From assembly GCA_964016885.1 (NCBI GenBank), contig OZ024744.1, forward strand, positions 33,232,001-33,296,000: DNA of 64,000 nucleotides. The letters run 5' to 3'. Under the pieces are notes generated by a model. The model was not told where the DNA came from, did not search any database, and saw nothing but the letters and a program-made list of their open reading frames with translations. Numbering within the stretch: the first letter of the stretch is position 1; every line of letters starts with the position of its first letter. This document shows, in pieces, positions 1-17,724 of the stretch. Position numbers and translations under genes: made by a program. Origin of the DNA: Eledone cirrhosa (lineage: Eukaryota).

Positions 1-1365
1 AATAAAAGCTGCTATCAGGCAGCTATCATCCAATAAGGCTCCTGGCAACGATGGCATCCCAGCTGAAATTTTCAAATATGGTGGTAAAAAAACTGGTTTG
101 TAGGCTTCTTCAGCTGTTTCTAGAGATCTGGAGAGTTGGGACTTCAGAGTTGCACCGAAAATCCACCTGTTCAAAAACAAAGGTAAAAGATCTATCTGCG
201 ACAACTCACGCGGCATCTCCCTTCTCTGTATTGCAGGTAAGATAGTATCCCGTATCATTCTCAATAGAATTACATCCTGACTTATTGACGATATCTACCC
301 TGAAAATCAATGTGGTTTCCTCTTTGGTCGGGGTACTATTGACATGATTTTTATCTCTTCACCAGGTCGCAGAGAAGGTTCGTGAAAGGAACCAATAACT
401 GTTTATGGTTTTTGTTGACCTGACTAAGTCCTTTGACACTGTCAATTGCAAAGCTCTTTGGAAAATCCTGAAAAAGTTTTGCATACCGGATAATATGCTA
501 AATATCATATCCTTCAATAGGGCATGAAAGCATCAATTATGTCAGATGGTGAATGGTCTGAACCCTTTACTGTTATAAATGGTGTGAAACAGGGTTGTGT
601 CACGTTTCATGTCCTCTTTGATTTGTTCTTTTCTGTAATATTCCAGCAAGCATTAGGCAATTTGGACACTGGCATCAGATTTGAGTTCCTTACATCGGGT
701 GGGCTATTCAACCATTTCAGGCTAACACACTTACACGAAGAAGTATCATTCGCGATTTACTGTTTGCTGATGATGCTGCACTTGTTGCAACATCCCTCAA
801 AGAAGTACAAGAATTGATAAACCGCTTTTCGATTGCTTGTAAGGCTTTTCGTCTAACAATCAGCATCAAGGAGACTGAGGTGGTACATCAACCAAAGCCA
901 TCACCCAGGCACGCAGGGGCGTTAATTAGATGCGGTCAGATCAAATGCATCTTTTTGCACCCATCACTATTGATTGCATATATCTGAAATATGTGATCTC
1001 CTTTACTTACCTTGGCAGTGAACCACTCTGCATCCCTGGCTGATGAGATTGTTAATCGTGTCTTCAAAGCAAATGACGCTTTTGGCAAACTACATCACTG
1101 CCTATGGAGTGCCAGAGGTATATCCCTGAAAATATAAATTGCAGTTTATCGTGCAGTGATACTGACAACACTCTTATATGGCTCAGAGTCATGGACACTT
1201 TACTGTACTCACATACATAAGCTTGGTGTCTTCCACAAACGCTGTCTTCGCTCTGTCTGTGGATATGTACTCTTTGACAGAGTCTCCAATGCCGAACTGT
1301 TCACAAGCTGCAACATTGGTGGGATTGAGTCATTCTGCTGCAATCCCAACTCTGACAGGATCCGC
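1..1365 (+). mobile_element. Degenerate RTE/BovB-like LINE, RT-domain fragment (5' part outside window)
   Basis: Frame-shifted translation gives KAPGNDGIPAEIFKYGG, QCGF..GRGTIDMIF, FVDLTKSFDTVN, GVKQGCV, LFADDAALVA and LTTLLYGSESWTLY in the expected RTE RT order, with many stops and indels. Confidence 0.9.
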
Positions 1366-1405
1366 TGGAATGGGTGTTTGAGGACTCTGCCCCCACGACT
1401 CTCTC

Positions 1406-1519
1406 AAGAAGAAGAAGAAGAAGAAGAAGAAGAAGAAGAAGAAGAAGAAGAAGAAGAAGAAGAAGAAGAAGAAGAAGAAGAAGAAGAAGAAGAAGAGGAG
1501 GAGGAGGAGGAGGGGGAGG
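1406..1519 (+). repeat. (GAA)n/(GAG)n microsatellite
   Basis: Direct reading; abuts the assembly gap. Confidence 0.98.
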
Positions 1520-1720
1520 NNNNNNNNNNNNNNNNNNNNNNNNNNNNNNNNNNNNNNNNNNNNNNNNNNNNNNNNNNNNNNNNNNNNNNNNNNNNNNNNN
1601 NNNNNNNNNNNNNNNNNNNNNNNNNNNNNNNNNNNNNNNNNNNNNNNNNNNNNNNNNNNNNNNNNNNNNNNNNNNNNNNNNNNNNNNNNNNNNNNNNNNN
1701 NNNNNNNNNNNNNNNNNNNA
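1520..1720. other. Assembly gap (N run)
   Basis: About 200 N. Confidence 1.
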
Positions 1721-2104
1721 AATTATTTCTATCGGTAATCGAAACCAACTCGCTATAACTAGCTATAACTGCGCTCTTCTAGAAGCGTCACCTATTCCTC
1801 TACGGCGCTCATACGTCTTAATCGCAACATATTATCTCGTTTACAAAGTGTTAGGTATGAAGGAAAAATCCGCAAAAAAAAAAAAATCAACCGCAATATC
1901 ACTTCTTTCCTAATTCTAAGTTAAAAATCAAGCACGTGGAGATGACTTAGTTGTTCAACCTCCTGGGATCTTTGACATGAAAATATGTATGGCTGTGTTC
2001 TTCCTAGTAAATCTCCGTTTCGAATGTAGACAAAACTGTCTATGAGTTATATCAAGTAGAATGTTACTTATTCTTTGGATTTTAGTCTTCAAATTTATTA
2101 TTAC

Positions 2105-2136
<32 letters not shown>

Positions 2137-2141
2137 TATAT

Positions 2142-2274
2142 ACGTTATTCCGGGTTGAATCGGAGGTAACCACAGTAAGTAAGGTACTCAATACAGGACT
2201 AGAACTGTTTCATTCATTTGAAATCATCAAATGAATGAAACAGTTCTAGTCCTGTAGAATCTCATCTATATTAA

Positions 2275-2278
<4 letters not shown>
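2142..2278. mobile_element. Small PLE-terminus fold-back with hammerhead 3' half
   Basis: Hairpin 2192-2256 (tacaggactagaactgtttcattcatttga ... tcaaatgaatgaaacagttctagtcctgta) containing GAAA-CAG..CTG-TA; related copy at 38172 retains CTGATGA on the minus strand; TA tracts on both sides. Confidence 0.65.
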
Positions 2279-2367
<89 letters not shown>

Positions 2368-2368
<1 letters not shown>

Positions 2369-3086
2369 TAAGAATAATGAGTTCTAAACTCAAGCAGTCC
2401 TTTACAATGAAATAGCTCAAAGAAAGAAATATTTCTGAGCCGTGTAATACAAGTTAATATAAATTAATATATATGATAAAACACAATACCAACATATAAG
2501 TGTTTGTATTGTAAATGACTAAGTTAGCTAGATTGAAAAATACTAATTATAATAATACAGTTTGCCTGTCTCGATTTAAAATAATAAATCATTAAAAACA
2601 AACGATATTGGCAAATGGCCGTGGTACTTAGACAAATTTAAATTTCAAAATCAAACCTGTTCCGTAGATAAGTTTAAACTTCAAAATCCAAATAAGTTTC
2701 GAGATGAAAAAGTGAAAGAATACCCCGTTCAGCTCTCCTCAGTAAGTACCCTGAACAATTGGTATGCTTCACTTCAAAATATTTAAAAAGACTGTTTAAC
2801 GCACATGGTTTTCCAGTTTCTAGCTGCCGCATACTCGTTCTGGTATAAATAACAGCCGTTTATATGGGGCTAAAGTTAGCTCTACATAAGCTCTATTTAA
2901 ATTTGTCTAAGTACCACGTCCATTGCCAATATCGTTTGTTTTTAATGATTTATTATTTTAAATCGAGACAGGCAAACTGTATTATTATAATTAGTATTTT
3001 TCAATCTAGCTAACTTAGTCATTTACAATACAAACACTTATATGTTGGTATTTGTATTTTATCATATATATTAATTTATATTAACT

Positions 3087-3090
<4 letters not shown>
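2368..3090 (-). mobile_element. Fold-back PLE-terminus element in (TA)n
   Basis: Inverted arms 2448-2643 / 2895-3090, tail 2368-2447 with GCTC..GAGC stem; homologous copy at 21037-21437. Confidence 0.75.
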
Positions 3091-3168
<78 letters not shown>

Positions 3169-3173
<5 letters not shown>

Positions 3174-4455
3174 CTTTGTTATATTCCAATAATTGATGAT
3201 ATTACCGGATTCATATGGAACCCGGTCATTGAAATGATCATAGTATAATAAACCTTTCAAGGATTTACACCAGTCCATATGAATCCGGTGATATCATCAG
3301 GTATTGGAATATAACAAAGGAATATGTAAAAAACCATGGGTCCGAAAAATCAGAGACAGAGACAGATAGGACGACTGACCAACTAGCTTCTCGGCCAGTC
3401 GCCCTCAAAGCTAATGAATATCTGGTGAGGGGGCGAAGGCTTATAATGCACTACCACCACTCCGTCAAAGAAGAAGGGGAAGAAAGACAGGGAGAAAGAA
3501 GTGTAGTGTAATGGTCATACTACATTCATGCTAGAAAATGCTGCGAAAAAATGCTACCCCAAAGAATCTATAATTTATAATGGGTGTCTGTATGGTCTAA
3601 TGTGTGAACCGAAGATTGAACGTTAAACTTATGTTGCGATTTATAGGATGAAATTAAATTAAATTAAATTAAAAATATTAAATTTCAAAATAATAAATTG
3701 AAAAATAAATTATTAGAGAATTAAAGATTAAGGTAGCGAGATTTATTTATTTAATGAACTTACGGAAAGAGTCTTACATGAAAACATTTATCTCGATAAC
3801 ATATTAGGATGGGATATAGAGTAAAGATTTCGATTGGGAATCCCAGCCAGCACACCCCCCACAATGAGTCAGCCAGTCTCAAGTGGTATCGTCCAGCGAA
3901 AGAAATGGAAATTAATTTTTCCGAGTACTTTAGGAACGTAGCTACCTTAGGCTCCGGGAGCGCGAGTGGGAACTCCACAATTTCGACAGGCCATCGTCTA
4001 TACCAAACGAATATTATTAAATCACGCATGAGGGGTTTATTTACGTGCCAGTAGAGGCATGATACAGCTAGTAGTTATGCCTCAACCTGGAGTTTGTAGG
4101 TACATGTATAATGTGGCGGCCAAAACAGGCGGCGCGGTGGAACCGGGGCAAAGCAACCCGCTCCGAGTAATTTCGTTTACCGAAAGAGGAGAAACTTATT
4201 TTTCCGAGCACTCAAGGAAGGCTGAACTCTCCGAGTGCCCAGCGCGCAGCCGGGAAAAAGCCACCACACAAGTCGAAGGTAGCAACCCAATGAAAAGTGC
4301 AAATAGACCTAAATTATTTTAAAGCCCCGGTTAGACCGGGTTATAAGTAATGGGGTTCTTAGGTGGGTACTCTTGAGTACTCTTCACAATATTACACCAG
4401 GATTGACCATACGGAATGACCAGTTCTATCCAGTGGTGAACCAACAAACCTGAAG

Positions 4456-4457
<2 letters not shown>
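3169..4457 (-). mobile_element. Hammerhead-bearing fold-back (3169-3323) plus about 1.1 kb unidentified body, bounded by (TA)n
   Basis: Arms 3169-3219 / 3274-3323; consensus of the arms gives atac-CTGATGA-stem II-GAAA-TGATCA-TA-gtat; related 3' end at 20942-21005; body has no recognisable ORF. Confidence 0.55.
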
Positions 4458-4510
<53 letters not shown>

Positions 4511-4677
4511 AATATATATATATATGTATATATATATGTATATATATATGTATATATATATATATGTATATATATTCTAATAAATATTTGCTCTACGGTT
4601 CTTATATATTTGATATATATTTATCCTTATCGAGCCCTCTTTGGATTTTAGTCTTCAAATTTATTATTATTACTATG

Positions 4678-5593
<916 letters not shown>

Positions 5594-5624
5594 ATTTATA
5601 AAACAGTATTTATTTTATTATATA

Positions 5625-6233
5625 CTAGCAGTGGTACCGGCGTTGCACGAAATAAGGTATTTTGGAACGCGGGCGGGCCAACAGACCTAATCGTGGAAAA
5701 ACTGCATGCCTGGACAATATGTCAAGAAAATAAATAGAATACTCTGATGGCTGGATAATCTTTAAGATTTTCCTCGATGAAGCAGGAAAATTGCAGGTTT
5801 TCACCTAATGCGGGCCCTAGGACATCAAGAAAATGAAATTTTTTTATGTGCATAATTTATGCTTTGAAATTTCGGGAAAATCGGCTAGACGTAATGCCTC
5901 CAAAAAGCCCTAAAAAGCTGAAAAAAATTAAGTTTTTCACCTAATGGGAGTCCTAGGCCATAGAAAAAATAGGATTTTCTTTGCTCACGGTAAGAAGAAG
6001 CGACTGACTAATACATAGTTACAATTTCAAGGAAATCGGTCTGACGTTACGCCTCAAAAAACCCCTAAAAAACATAAAAACCTAATTTTTCACCTAATTC
6101 GGGCCCTAGGAGAGCAAAATGTTGAATTTTTTCATAACACTGCATAACACTGCCTGAAACATAAGTAATACACATGTAAAGTTTGAAAAACATCGGTTGG
6201 GTACTTCTCCAGTTTTAGGGATTCAAACTCACA

Positions 6234-6313
<80 letters not shown>

Positions 6314-7166
6314 TCCTCATGGAAGTGACGTAATGCAGACACCCAGGCATACGGACAGATATTATAAGGGTGCGACGTTATATGTATGTATCTATCTAAA
6401 AAGAGAAAAACTAAGAATTATAGAGAGAGATAGCTAAATCGCCTATTGTGGTCCCTAGGGCATTGAAAATTTGAAATTTGTGTTCAGAACACTCCCTGAA
6501 ATATAAGTATTACATGTGTAACGTTTGAAAACAGTCGGTTGGGTGGTTCTCGAGTTTTAGGGATTCAAACTCATACACACACAGACAGAGAACCTCAGTT
6601 TTATATATATAGACTAGCAGAAAACCACCCGGTGGGCGGTTTACTGCTAGCAAATCTAGTGTATATACTGATATTGTTGAGATTTGGATGAGAAATGTTT
6701 TCGGCACCACATGTTCACCGTCTCTCAGTGTGTCTTTTATGCATGTATAAATATATATGTTATCTATACGGTGAAATCTTTGAAATAAATATATGTTAAA
6801 ACGAAAAAGGAGAAAAAGAGATTAGTGACGGAAATATAAAGGTTATGATACATAAACGTTATGATATAACGATGGAAATATATCTTCAAATGGTCCTTGG
6901 CATGGTGTCAAGTCAGAACCGCCTCGAACTGGTTACTTCTGGCTTGTGCAAGGTGTCTCTATAGCAACCAGCGATTCCCTCGGCCTCAGTGACCAAAGTC
7001 AGTGGAGAGGGGAAGGTAATATTTCTATAGCGACAGTGTTTCTCTTGGTAGTACCAAAGTGGAGAAAGGAAGGGGAAGGTAATATTTCTGTAGCACCTAC
7101 ATTTGAGTTTTAGGGAAGGACAGACTGACAGACAGACAGACAAACAGAGAAATGCCCATATATTTC

Positions 7167-7237
<71 letters not shown>

Positions 7238-7263
7238 CACACACAGAAATGTATATATATTTC

Positions 7264-7324
<61 letters not shown>

Positions 7325-7983
7325 CATACACAGAAATGTATATATATTTCTGTGTGTATATATGTATATATTACACACACAGAAATGTATATATATTTCT
7401 TAGAACAAAATTATTATTAATGTTTTGCCGTTCATAACAATTGGAATTGAAAAATTACTTTTGAAATTATTAGTTATTTTACTAATGCTTAGATATGTAA
7501 AAATGAAGCAATGTTTCTAATAAATGTTTCTACTTTTGGCACAAGGCCAAAAAATTAACCAGTACATTACTGGTACTTTATTTTATCGACCCCGTGAGGA
7601 TGAAAGGCAAAGTTAACCTCGGCGGTATTTGAACTCAGACCGTAAAGCATGGTGTCCGACTCTCTACGGATTCTGCCAATCCACCGCCCTAATGTCTGTA
7701 CGTAATGAGGGAGTGAGAGGGGAGAGAAAGAAAGGCAAAGGTGAAGTGACAAAGTGACTCTCTCCTCCTCCTCCTACATCTCCCCATTCGTCACAGTTAT
7801 AGAGGGGAGGAATGTTAGTGTGTTACAAAGAGAAAAAGTGAGAGTGAGAGAAACAGACAGACTAAAAGAGAGGGATAGCTGGAGAGAGAGAGAGAGAGAG
7901 AGAGATATAGCAACCACGCGCGCGCGTGTTTCCACTGTCGGACAGACAGACAGAAAAATTGCTGGTTATATATTATAAGGAGA
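5625..7983 (-). mobile_element. Composite non-autonomous Helitron
   Basis: Minus strand starts A|TCTCCTTATAATATATAA..CTGTCTGTCTGTCC and ends CGTGCAACGCCGGTACCACTGCTAG|T; no TSD; flanks rejoin into one PLE arm (5592-5624 plus 7984 onward); internal CTAG/TC junction at 6613-6617; ~140 bp subrepeats near 5798, 5934 and 6087. Confidence 0.8.
7523..7688 (-). mobile_element. tRNA-derived SINE (family 1), nested in the Helitron
   Basis: GGCGGTGGATTGGCAGAATC head, GAGTTCAAAT B-box, central GCCTTTCATCCT..GGGGTCGATAAAATAAAGTACCAG; about 8 copies in the window. Confidence 0.85.
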
Positions 7984-8163
7984 TATTTCAAGGGTACCAA
8001 CATCTTGGTACCCTTGAAATATATATAATAAAATAAATATGGTTTTATAAATATAGTTTCCATTTATTAATATTATTGATATTATACTCCAGAAAACTTG
8101 TAGAGTGCTTCGAATCTGTCATAAATAAATTCGTTGAATAACCACAAATTAGATATCTCTTTG

Positions 8164-8166
<3 letters not shown>
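7984..8166 (+). mobile_element. Truncated AT-rich hammerhead fold-back (3' half of ribozyme plus tail)
   Basis: Hairpin atatttcaagggtaccaa..ttggtacccttgaaatat, then GAAA-TATATA-TA and ACTC(8086)..GAGT(8103) tail; same family as 21524, 21910, 36540, 41690. Confidence 0.75.
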
Positions 8167-8203
<37 letters not shown>

Positions 8204-8947
8204 AACCAGTAAGACCCCGACGGCTGAGCTCAAGCCGTTTCGACTGCTAATTCTGGACTAAATGAAAATTTATCCTGGTATTTAAATAGCCGAGCGTCTC
8301 AAGGGGTAATTCCATATATGGTCAAAGTGATTGTCAAAAGTTAGTAGTAATTCTGTGATGGCAAATTAGTAGGGGAGGTGGTGGCTGAACCTGCCAGTAG
8401 GAGAAAAAGGGGAGGGGGTGGAGTAGACCCAATCATGCGTTGGTAGTGCCGGCTACAGCTGGGCATGAGGTCAAAGAAGATACTGGGGAGGGAGAGGGGG
8501 AGGAAGTCGAAACGGTAGGTAGAACAATGAGGGGTAAAAATATATATATGAAAGAAAAAATACTGAGAGTGATGAAAAGCGAATAAGTGTAAAGAAAAAA
8601 GAATATATGAGCAAGTTCTACGACCTAAGTCTCTAGCTATTGTTAGGCTAGATAAATAAATAAATAAAAAAAGAAAGAAATAAAGAAAGAAATAAAGAAA
8701 TAACGAAATAATTAAATAAACTAGGTGGGACGGAATAGGAAAGGACCCTTTTAAGAGGTATAAGTACGTAAGTCATACGGTGACGGGTCAACAAATGGGG
8801 CCAAAATACTAAAGAAACTACCACGAAATAAATAATAAAGGTTTCTACCCCGGGCACAAGGCCAGCAACCACCCAGTGCAGAAAAGTAAACTAGTACGAG
8901 ATAATAATTCTGAGTCCCGAAAAAAATATACTAATGCTAACTCTAAA

Positions 8948-9316
8948 GACACCTCCAACAAAGCTTATATAGGACTAACCGCATGTGACTTCAAGACTCG
9001 GCTATACCAACATAGACATACCTTCCGAAACCCGGCCCGACGTCACGCCACTACACTTTCGGGCCACATATGGGACCCCAAGGACAACAACATCACCTAT
9101 GATCTCACTTGGAGATTACTGTCCAGAGCCAACTCTTACACGGGAGGACGCCGTCCGTGCAATTTATGCTCGGAGGAAACTTTACAAATGCTGTTTTCGA
9201 CGGACCAACTCCTAAACAAGAAAGATGAACTGGTTACTGCATGTAAACATAGATTGCGTAGGACTTACCTCGCCCTCAAACGCCATAATGACCCGGGGGG
9301 TAGACTAGGGCTATAA
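8948..9316 (+). pseudogene. GIY-YIG endonuclease C-terminal remnant of the PLE
   Basis: Nearly identical to the C-terminus of ORF 12109-13539; the N-terminal residues of the listed ORF come from the inverted arm. Confidence 0.9.
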
Positions 9317-10450
9317 CACCCCACTTGCCGATTTTGCTATGGGTAACCCCTGCTTGCCAAGGGAGACGTAAGATCTTCTTTTTATTCTTTTATCGCTTCC
9401 TTTATTTCCTTCTTCCCCCATCCCTCCTTAATCCTTCTACCCCAGTTCTTCTTCTTTGTCGGCGTCTTTTTCTCGCCCACCCGAGGCTGCCCTTTGGCCC
9501 CCTGTAGCCTCAGTACCCCCACCCCCTCCCCTAGTCTATGATAGATTTGGCTGACTCCGCTTTTTATAGCAGTTGTGTTAGACCTCGGATACTTGCCCCC
9601 TTTCCGACCGCTCCCCCTCTTTTCCGTGCCTTCTATATTTCTTAGTGGCACTTATGCCTTAATTTCTCGTTTCAGTATTTCTTTCTTCTCTTTTCTTTTG
9701 GGCGGGGTGGATTCTGAATTTATTTTTCCGTATTCTACCTTTACTTCGTACGAACTTTCATGTAGCTTGTATTAGAACTTTTGTAGCGTAGCGGTACCTT
9801 TAGAGTTAGCATTAGTATATTTTTTTCGGGACTCAGAATTATTATCTCGTACTAGTTTACTTTTCTGCACTGGGTGGTTGCTGGCCTTGTGCCCGGGGTA
9901 GAAACCTTCATTATTTATTTCGTGGTAGTTTCTTTAGTATTTTCGCCCCATTTGTTGACCCGTCACCGTATGACTTACGTACTTATACCTCTTAAAAGGG
10001 TCCTTTCCTATTCCGTCCCACCTAGTTTATTTACTTATTTCGTTATTTCTTTATTTCTTTCATTATTTATTTATTTCTTTATTTATTTATTTATCTAGCC
10101 TAACAATAGCTAGAGACTTAGGTCATAGAACTTGCTCATATATTCTTTTTTCTTTACACTTATTCGCTTTTCATCACTCTCAGTATTTTTTCTTTCATAT
10201 ATATATTTTTACCCCTCATTGTTCTACCTACCGTTTCGACTTCCTCCCCCTCTCCCTCCCCCTCTCCCTCCCCAGTATCTTCTTTGACCTCATGCCCAGC
10301 TGTAGCCGGCACTACCAACGCATGATTGGGTCTACTCCACCCCTCCCCTTTTTCTCCTACTGGCAGGTTCAACCACCATCTCCCCTACTAATTTGCCATC
10401 ACAGAATTACTACTAACTTTCGACAATCACTTTGACCATATATGGAATTA

Positions 10451-10542
10451 CCCCTTGAGAAGCTCGGCTATTTAAATACCTGGATAAATTTTCATTTAGT
10501 CCAGAATTAGCCGTCGAAACGGCTTGAGCTCAGCCGTCGGGG
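10451..10542 (+). ncRNA. Hammerhead ribozyme with U3-A8 variant core
   Basis: cccc-TTGAGAA-gctcggcta..tagccgtc-GAAA-cggcttgagctcagccg-TC-gggg; same motif at 13857-13948 and on the minus strand near 10893-10984. Confidence 0.72.
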
Positions 10543-10657
10543 TCTTACTGGTTCCTATTACCCACTCTACTACCCTAAGTATTGAGTACTTTGGTGCGTT
10601 ATGGTCCACCTGGTTCCTTACCACATTTCCTTCGTTATATATATATATATATATATA

Positions 10658-10770
10658 GGAAATAGTATGACCCCGACGGCAGAGCTCAAGCCGTTTCGAC
10701 GGCTATTTCTGGTCTAGAAATAGCCGTCGAAACGGTTTGAGATCTGCCGTCGGGGGTCATACTTTTTCCT
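10658..10770. mobile_element. Mini fold-back of the same PLE 3' end
   Basis: About 53 bp inverted arms around ggtct, covering the hammerhead 3' half; TA flanks. Confidence 0.85.
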
Positions 10771-10810
10771 ATATATATATATATATAAATATATATAAAT
10801 ATATATATAC

Positions 10811-14257
<3,447 letters not shown>

Positions 14258-14601
14258 TAAAATGTAAACAGAAATAACAACACAATCGGTATATGGATGG
14301 GATATATTAGGTTAACGCTTGATATTGCCGGAAGAGGGTCTTAACGTTTCGGACGCTATTACTTCGACAGAAGAAATAATGAAAAATAAGATAGATTGAG
14401 GGGACGGGCGGGATGGAATTGGAAAAAAATGTCTTTAGGTAATAATAACAGGTTCATTCATGTTGACATCTTTTGCAAAACTGTTGGTGCTGGCGTTTTG
14501 TGTATGGTTTATTTTTTAGAAATGTGGATGAGGGAGCGCGTCTACCTGAAATGGAAAAGAAAAAAGGTTTTGTAAAAAGAGCTATACTTGTACACGTGTG
14601 T

Positions 14602-14671
<70 letters not shown>

Positions 14672-15900
14672 ATACGTTCGTACGAAGCTAAAAGGAAATG
14701 TGTGTGTATATGTAAGTAAAAGAGTGTGTGTGCATGTAAGTACGAAGGTATGAGCAAAAGTGTGTTAATATAAGGGTGTGTATGTGTGTATATAGAGCAG
14801 TGAAGGGAAAAGTGGAGTGAGCATATAGAGTCGGTCAGTATTAGTTGTAAGAGAAGATAGGAATCTAGGGGTGAATGTACAAGCGCGTGTGATAGTGGAC
14901 GGGGTATTATAGAAATTGGGCAGGTGAGTTGAGTCCAAGAGAGGAATAGGACCTAAGGCGGTGAATCAAACTTTGTTCAGTCCAGGTGCGCGAAGCCTGT
15001 GAGCCACGATGTAAAAGGACACCCAGGACTGAAACATGTAGGGAAAAATGACCAGGAGAACAGAAATGACGGGCGACAGGAGCATCCAAACCGAGTCGTA
15101 TGTCCCTGAAATGCTCAGCAAAACGGTCCGTTATATGGCGTCCCGTTTCTCCGATGTGTCCCGTTTCTACCCGCAAAGGGAATACCGAAGGGCATAGACA
15201 ACGTGGGTGGATGTGCAGGTGAAAGAGTGGCGAACACGGAAAGACCCGTTAGGGCCTGAAAGATTGGTGAGGGTGGAAATGAAAGGGACTGTTGCAGCGG
15301 AGGCGAGAACAAAGATGAGAGCCGGGTGGAGTCATGGGAGAGGACGAGAAGGAACTGCGAACCAGCAGGTCGCGGAGGTTGCGGGCGCGCTTAAAAGCAG
15401 TAATGGGTGGGTTTGGAAAAAAGCGAGATGTGACGGGGTCAGAAGAGAGGATACGGAAGGAACGGAGGATATGTCGCAGGAGTGATAGGGTGTTGGAGAG
15501 GTAGGTGAGAGGGAAAGGAACACGGGTGTTGGGAGAGAGGGGTTAGGTGAGAGGGCTGTGGTTCGGTCTGTTTCACGGGTGCGGGTGAGAGCAGCTTGGA
15601 TCAGGGTGGGAGGATATCCACGCTGGATGAAACAGGAAACCATGTGATAGGGGATGGGTTTCGAAATCGTCGTCCTGGCTACAGAGTCGACGAAGACGGA
15701 GGAATTGCGAATAGGGTATGGAGTGTTTGATGTGGGTTGGATGGGAGGAGGTGAAGTCGAGGTAAGATTGGGAGTCTGTCGGCTTAATGTAGATGGAAGT
15801 AGAGAGGGTGTGGTGAGAGTGATTAATAGATAGAGAGATATCTAGAAAAGAGAGAGAAGAATTGGAGTCGGAGGCGGTGAAAGTGAGAGCAGGATGGAAA
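14258..15900 (-). mobile_element. Degenerate Neptune-like PLE (RT thumb, GIY-YIG, 3' UTR) ending in (CA)n
   Basis: LSFLDISL..TSIYIKPTDSQSYLDFTSSHP..IPYSQFLRLRRLCS; IGETGR..RFAEH..PVARHF..LGLN; decayed hammerhead tctt-CTGtCGA..GAAACGTT-aaga at 14339-14374. Confidence 0.88.
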
Positions 15901-16018
15901 TATATATGTGTGTAGGTGTGTATGTGTGTGTGTGTTTCTCTTAATTTCGTGTACATTTTTAACCGGTCACCTTCCTGGTGGCAAGGTTGTAAAAGAAAAG
16001 AAATTGTCATCCCTTAAA

Positions 16019-17724
16019 TCACAAGAATGTTTTGCAAATTTTGAAGGTGCCAGCTATGGCAGCCATTTGTAGTCTATGAATTGGGGAGCTGCGATCTTTG
16101 TCCACAAATCCAACTTCAGTTATACTGTGGTCCAAGCGGGTTGGTATATAATCTGTAGCTCCAATAATGATGGGTATGAAGCTAAAGGTGTATCTTGGAT
16201 ATTGGATTTGTAAACTCCTCATCAATGGTCCGTTGATATCCTCCTTCTCCTGTATTTTTCTGACAACGTTGACATCAAGTGGGCAGCTGATCTCCACAAC
16301 AGAATACGTTTTCAATGTGTGGTCCCAAACTACAATATTAGGCCGGTTGTGCTTTAATTTGGTGGCGGTTTTTATTTTCAGGTTCCACCAGTATTCCTTA
16401 GTGCCATCTGTCTCAATATATTCTTCCTCGTTTGTTTTTAATTTTGTTTTCCTAAGTGTGTTCCAGGTGGTACTAGCTATCCCATCATGTCTTATAGGGA
16501 GGTAGTAGCGAGATGACATTCTTTCGCAGTTGGCAAACTGTGGCTTATATCCTCGATCTTTGTTTTACATAGCCTACATTTATTGTCGACTGATGCCCCT
16601 CCTCTTTTGTGTAGCAGATATTTGGTAGGGAGTTCTTTTTCCTGTATTATATAGAGATATCCTTCAATGTGGGATGTCATAAACATGTCGGAACTCCATG
16701 TCAGGCTTTTTGAATGATTTATCCTCTCAATGATCTGTGTTTTTCGTCTCAGGTACACAGGCACAACTTCTGTAAATTGGTCCATTTTTATATTGTTCCA
16801 ACATTGAATAGGATCTTCCAATTTCCCTGGGAGGGAGATTTATATCAGGCCTTATTCCATATCTCTCCTCCAGATCAGTGGCTATCCTAATGGTATTATT
16901 TCCTTCACTCTCATAAACCCGAGCACGATGGTCGCTGACCTATTTCTTTTGTTGAAGATGTTGCTTCAGTGTTACTACCCGGGTCTCCTTTGATGTTAAT
17001 ATAGATTTTAGACCCCGGCCACCTTCCTTGCGTTAGAAATATAGCCTATCCACATCACCATTGATGTTAAAGTTCCCAGTAATACTGAGAAGCTTGCAAG
17101 TTCTTACATCCATCTCACTTAGTTCTTTCAATGACCAGTTCAGCAGACCAAATGTTGGTGTTAGGATTGCCACAGCATAAGTATTGTGGACAATGTATTT
17201 GTTGTACGCTGATATTTCTGATGACCATATTGTCTTCACTCTCCTGAGATATTCAGTTCTGGTTCTCTTCTTATTTATGGGTCCACCGTATCTGACATTC
17301 TCACCCTGTCCCCAGATATCTGTAGTTCTCACCTGACTGTAGAGGCTGTATTGTCAAGCCGTTCATCTCTAGATTTCCGGAGGAGAGCACAGCCCTTACA
17401 TGTTTTACTGTCAAATATGCACACTTGGACTCACAAAAATTTCGTTCGATATATACAGAAAATTGTGTAACGAGATCCAATTGTTTTTTTAAACAGTTGA
17501 CATTTGGCCCATACAACTTCAGGTCATCAACAAAGAAATGATGGGAGATACTTCTGAACCCACTTCTATGACCACTTTCTTTTGTCAGCAGGTATGATAG
17601 TGGGTTTAGTGAGAGGACGAAGAGCAGCACTGATAAGCTATCACCCTTAAAGAAGCCTTTATGGTAGTGTATTCTATCAGTCTTAATTTGCTCCTTCTCA
17701 CCCCTAAGGATCATATTGGTGTAC
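16019..17724 (-). mobile_element. Degenerate R4/Dong-like non-LTR retrotransposon (RT, zinc knuckle, RLE)
   Basis: GFFKGDSLSVLLFVLSLNPLS, ISHHFFVDDLKLY, CRLC..EDISH..C, RHD, HNRPNIVVWD..VEISCP, FIPIIIGA across frameshifted ORFs. Confidence 0.88.

Larger units (their letters stand above)
8201..10637 (+). mobile_element. Penelope-like element insertion: inverted pLTR arm plus 5'-truncated sense copy
   Basis: 8201-8948 is the reverse complement of 9798-10556; sense part encodes KAYIGLTACDFKTRLYQH..CNLCSEE..LNKKDELVTACKH; (TA)n on both sides. Confidence 0.93.

Noticed and set aside
1156-1913. Poly-Glu/poly-Arg ORFs
   Set aside because: RTE remnant fused to (GAA)n and the N gap
2670-2755. Possible minus-strand hammerhead (CTGAGGA..GAAAC..GTT)
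   Set aside because: Stem I is only about 3 bp and stem II is weak; not called separately
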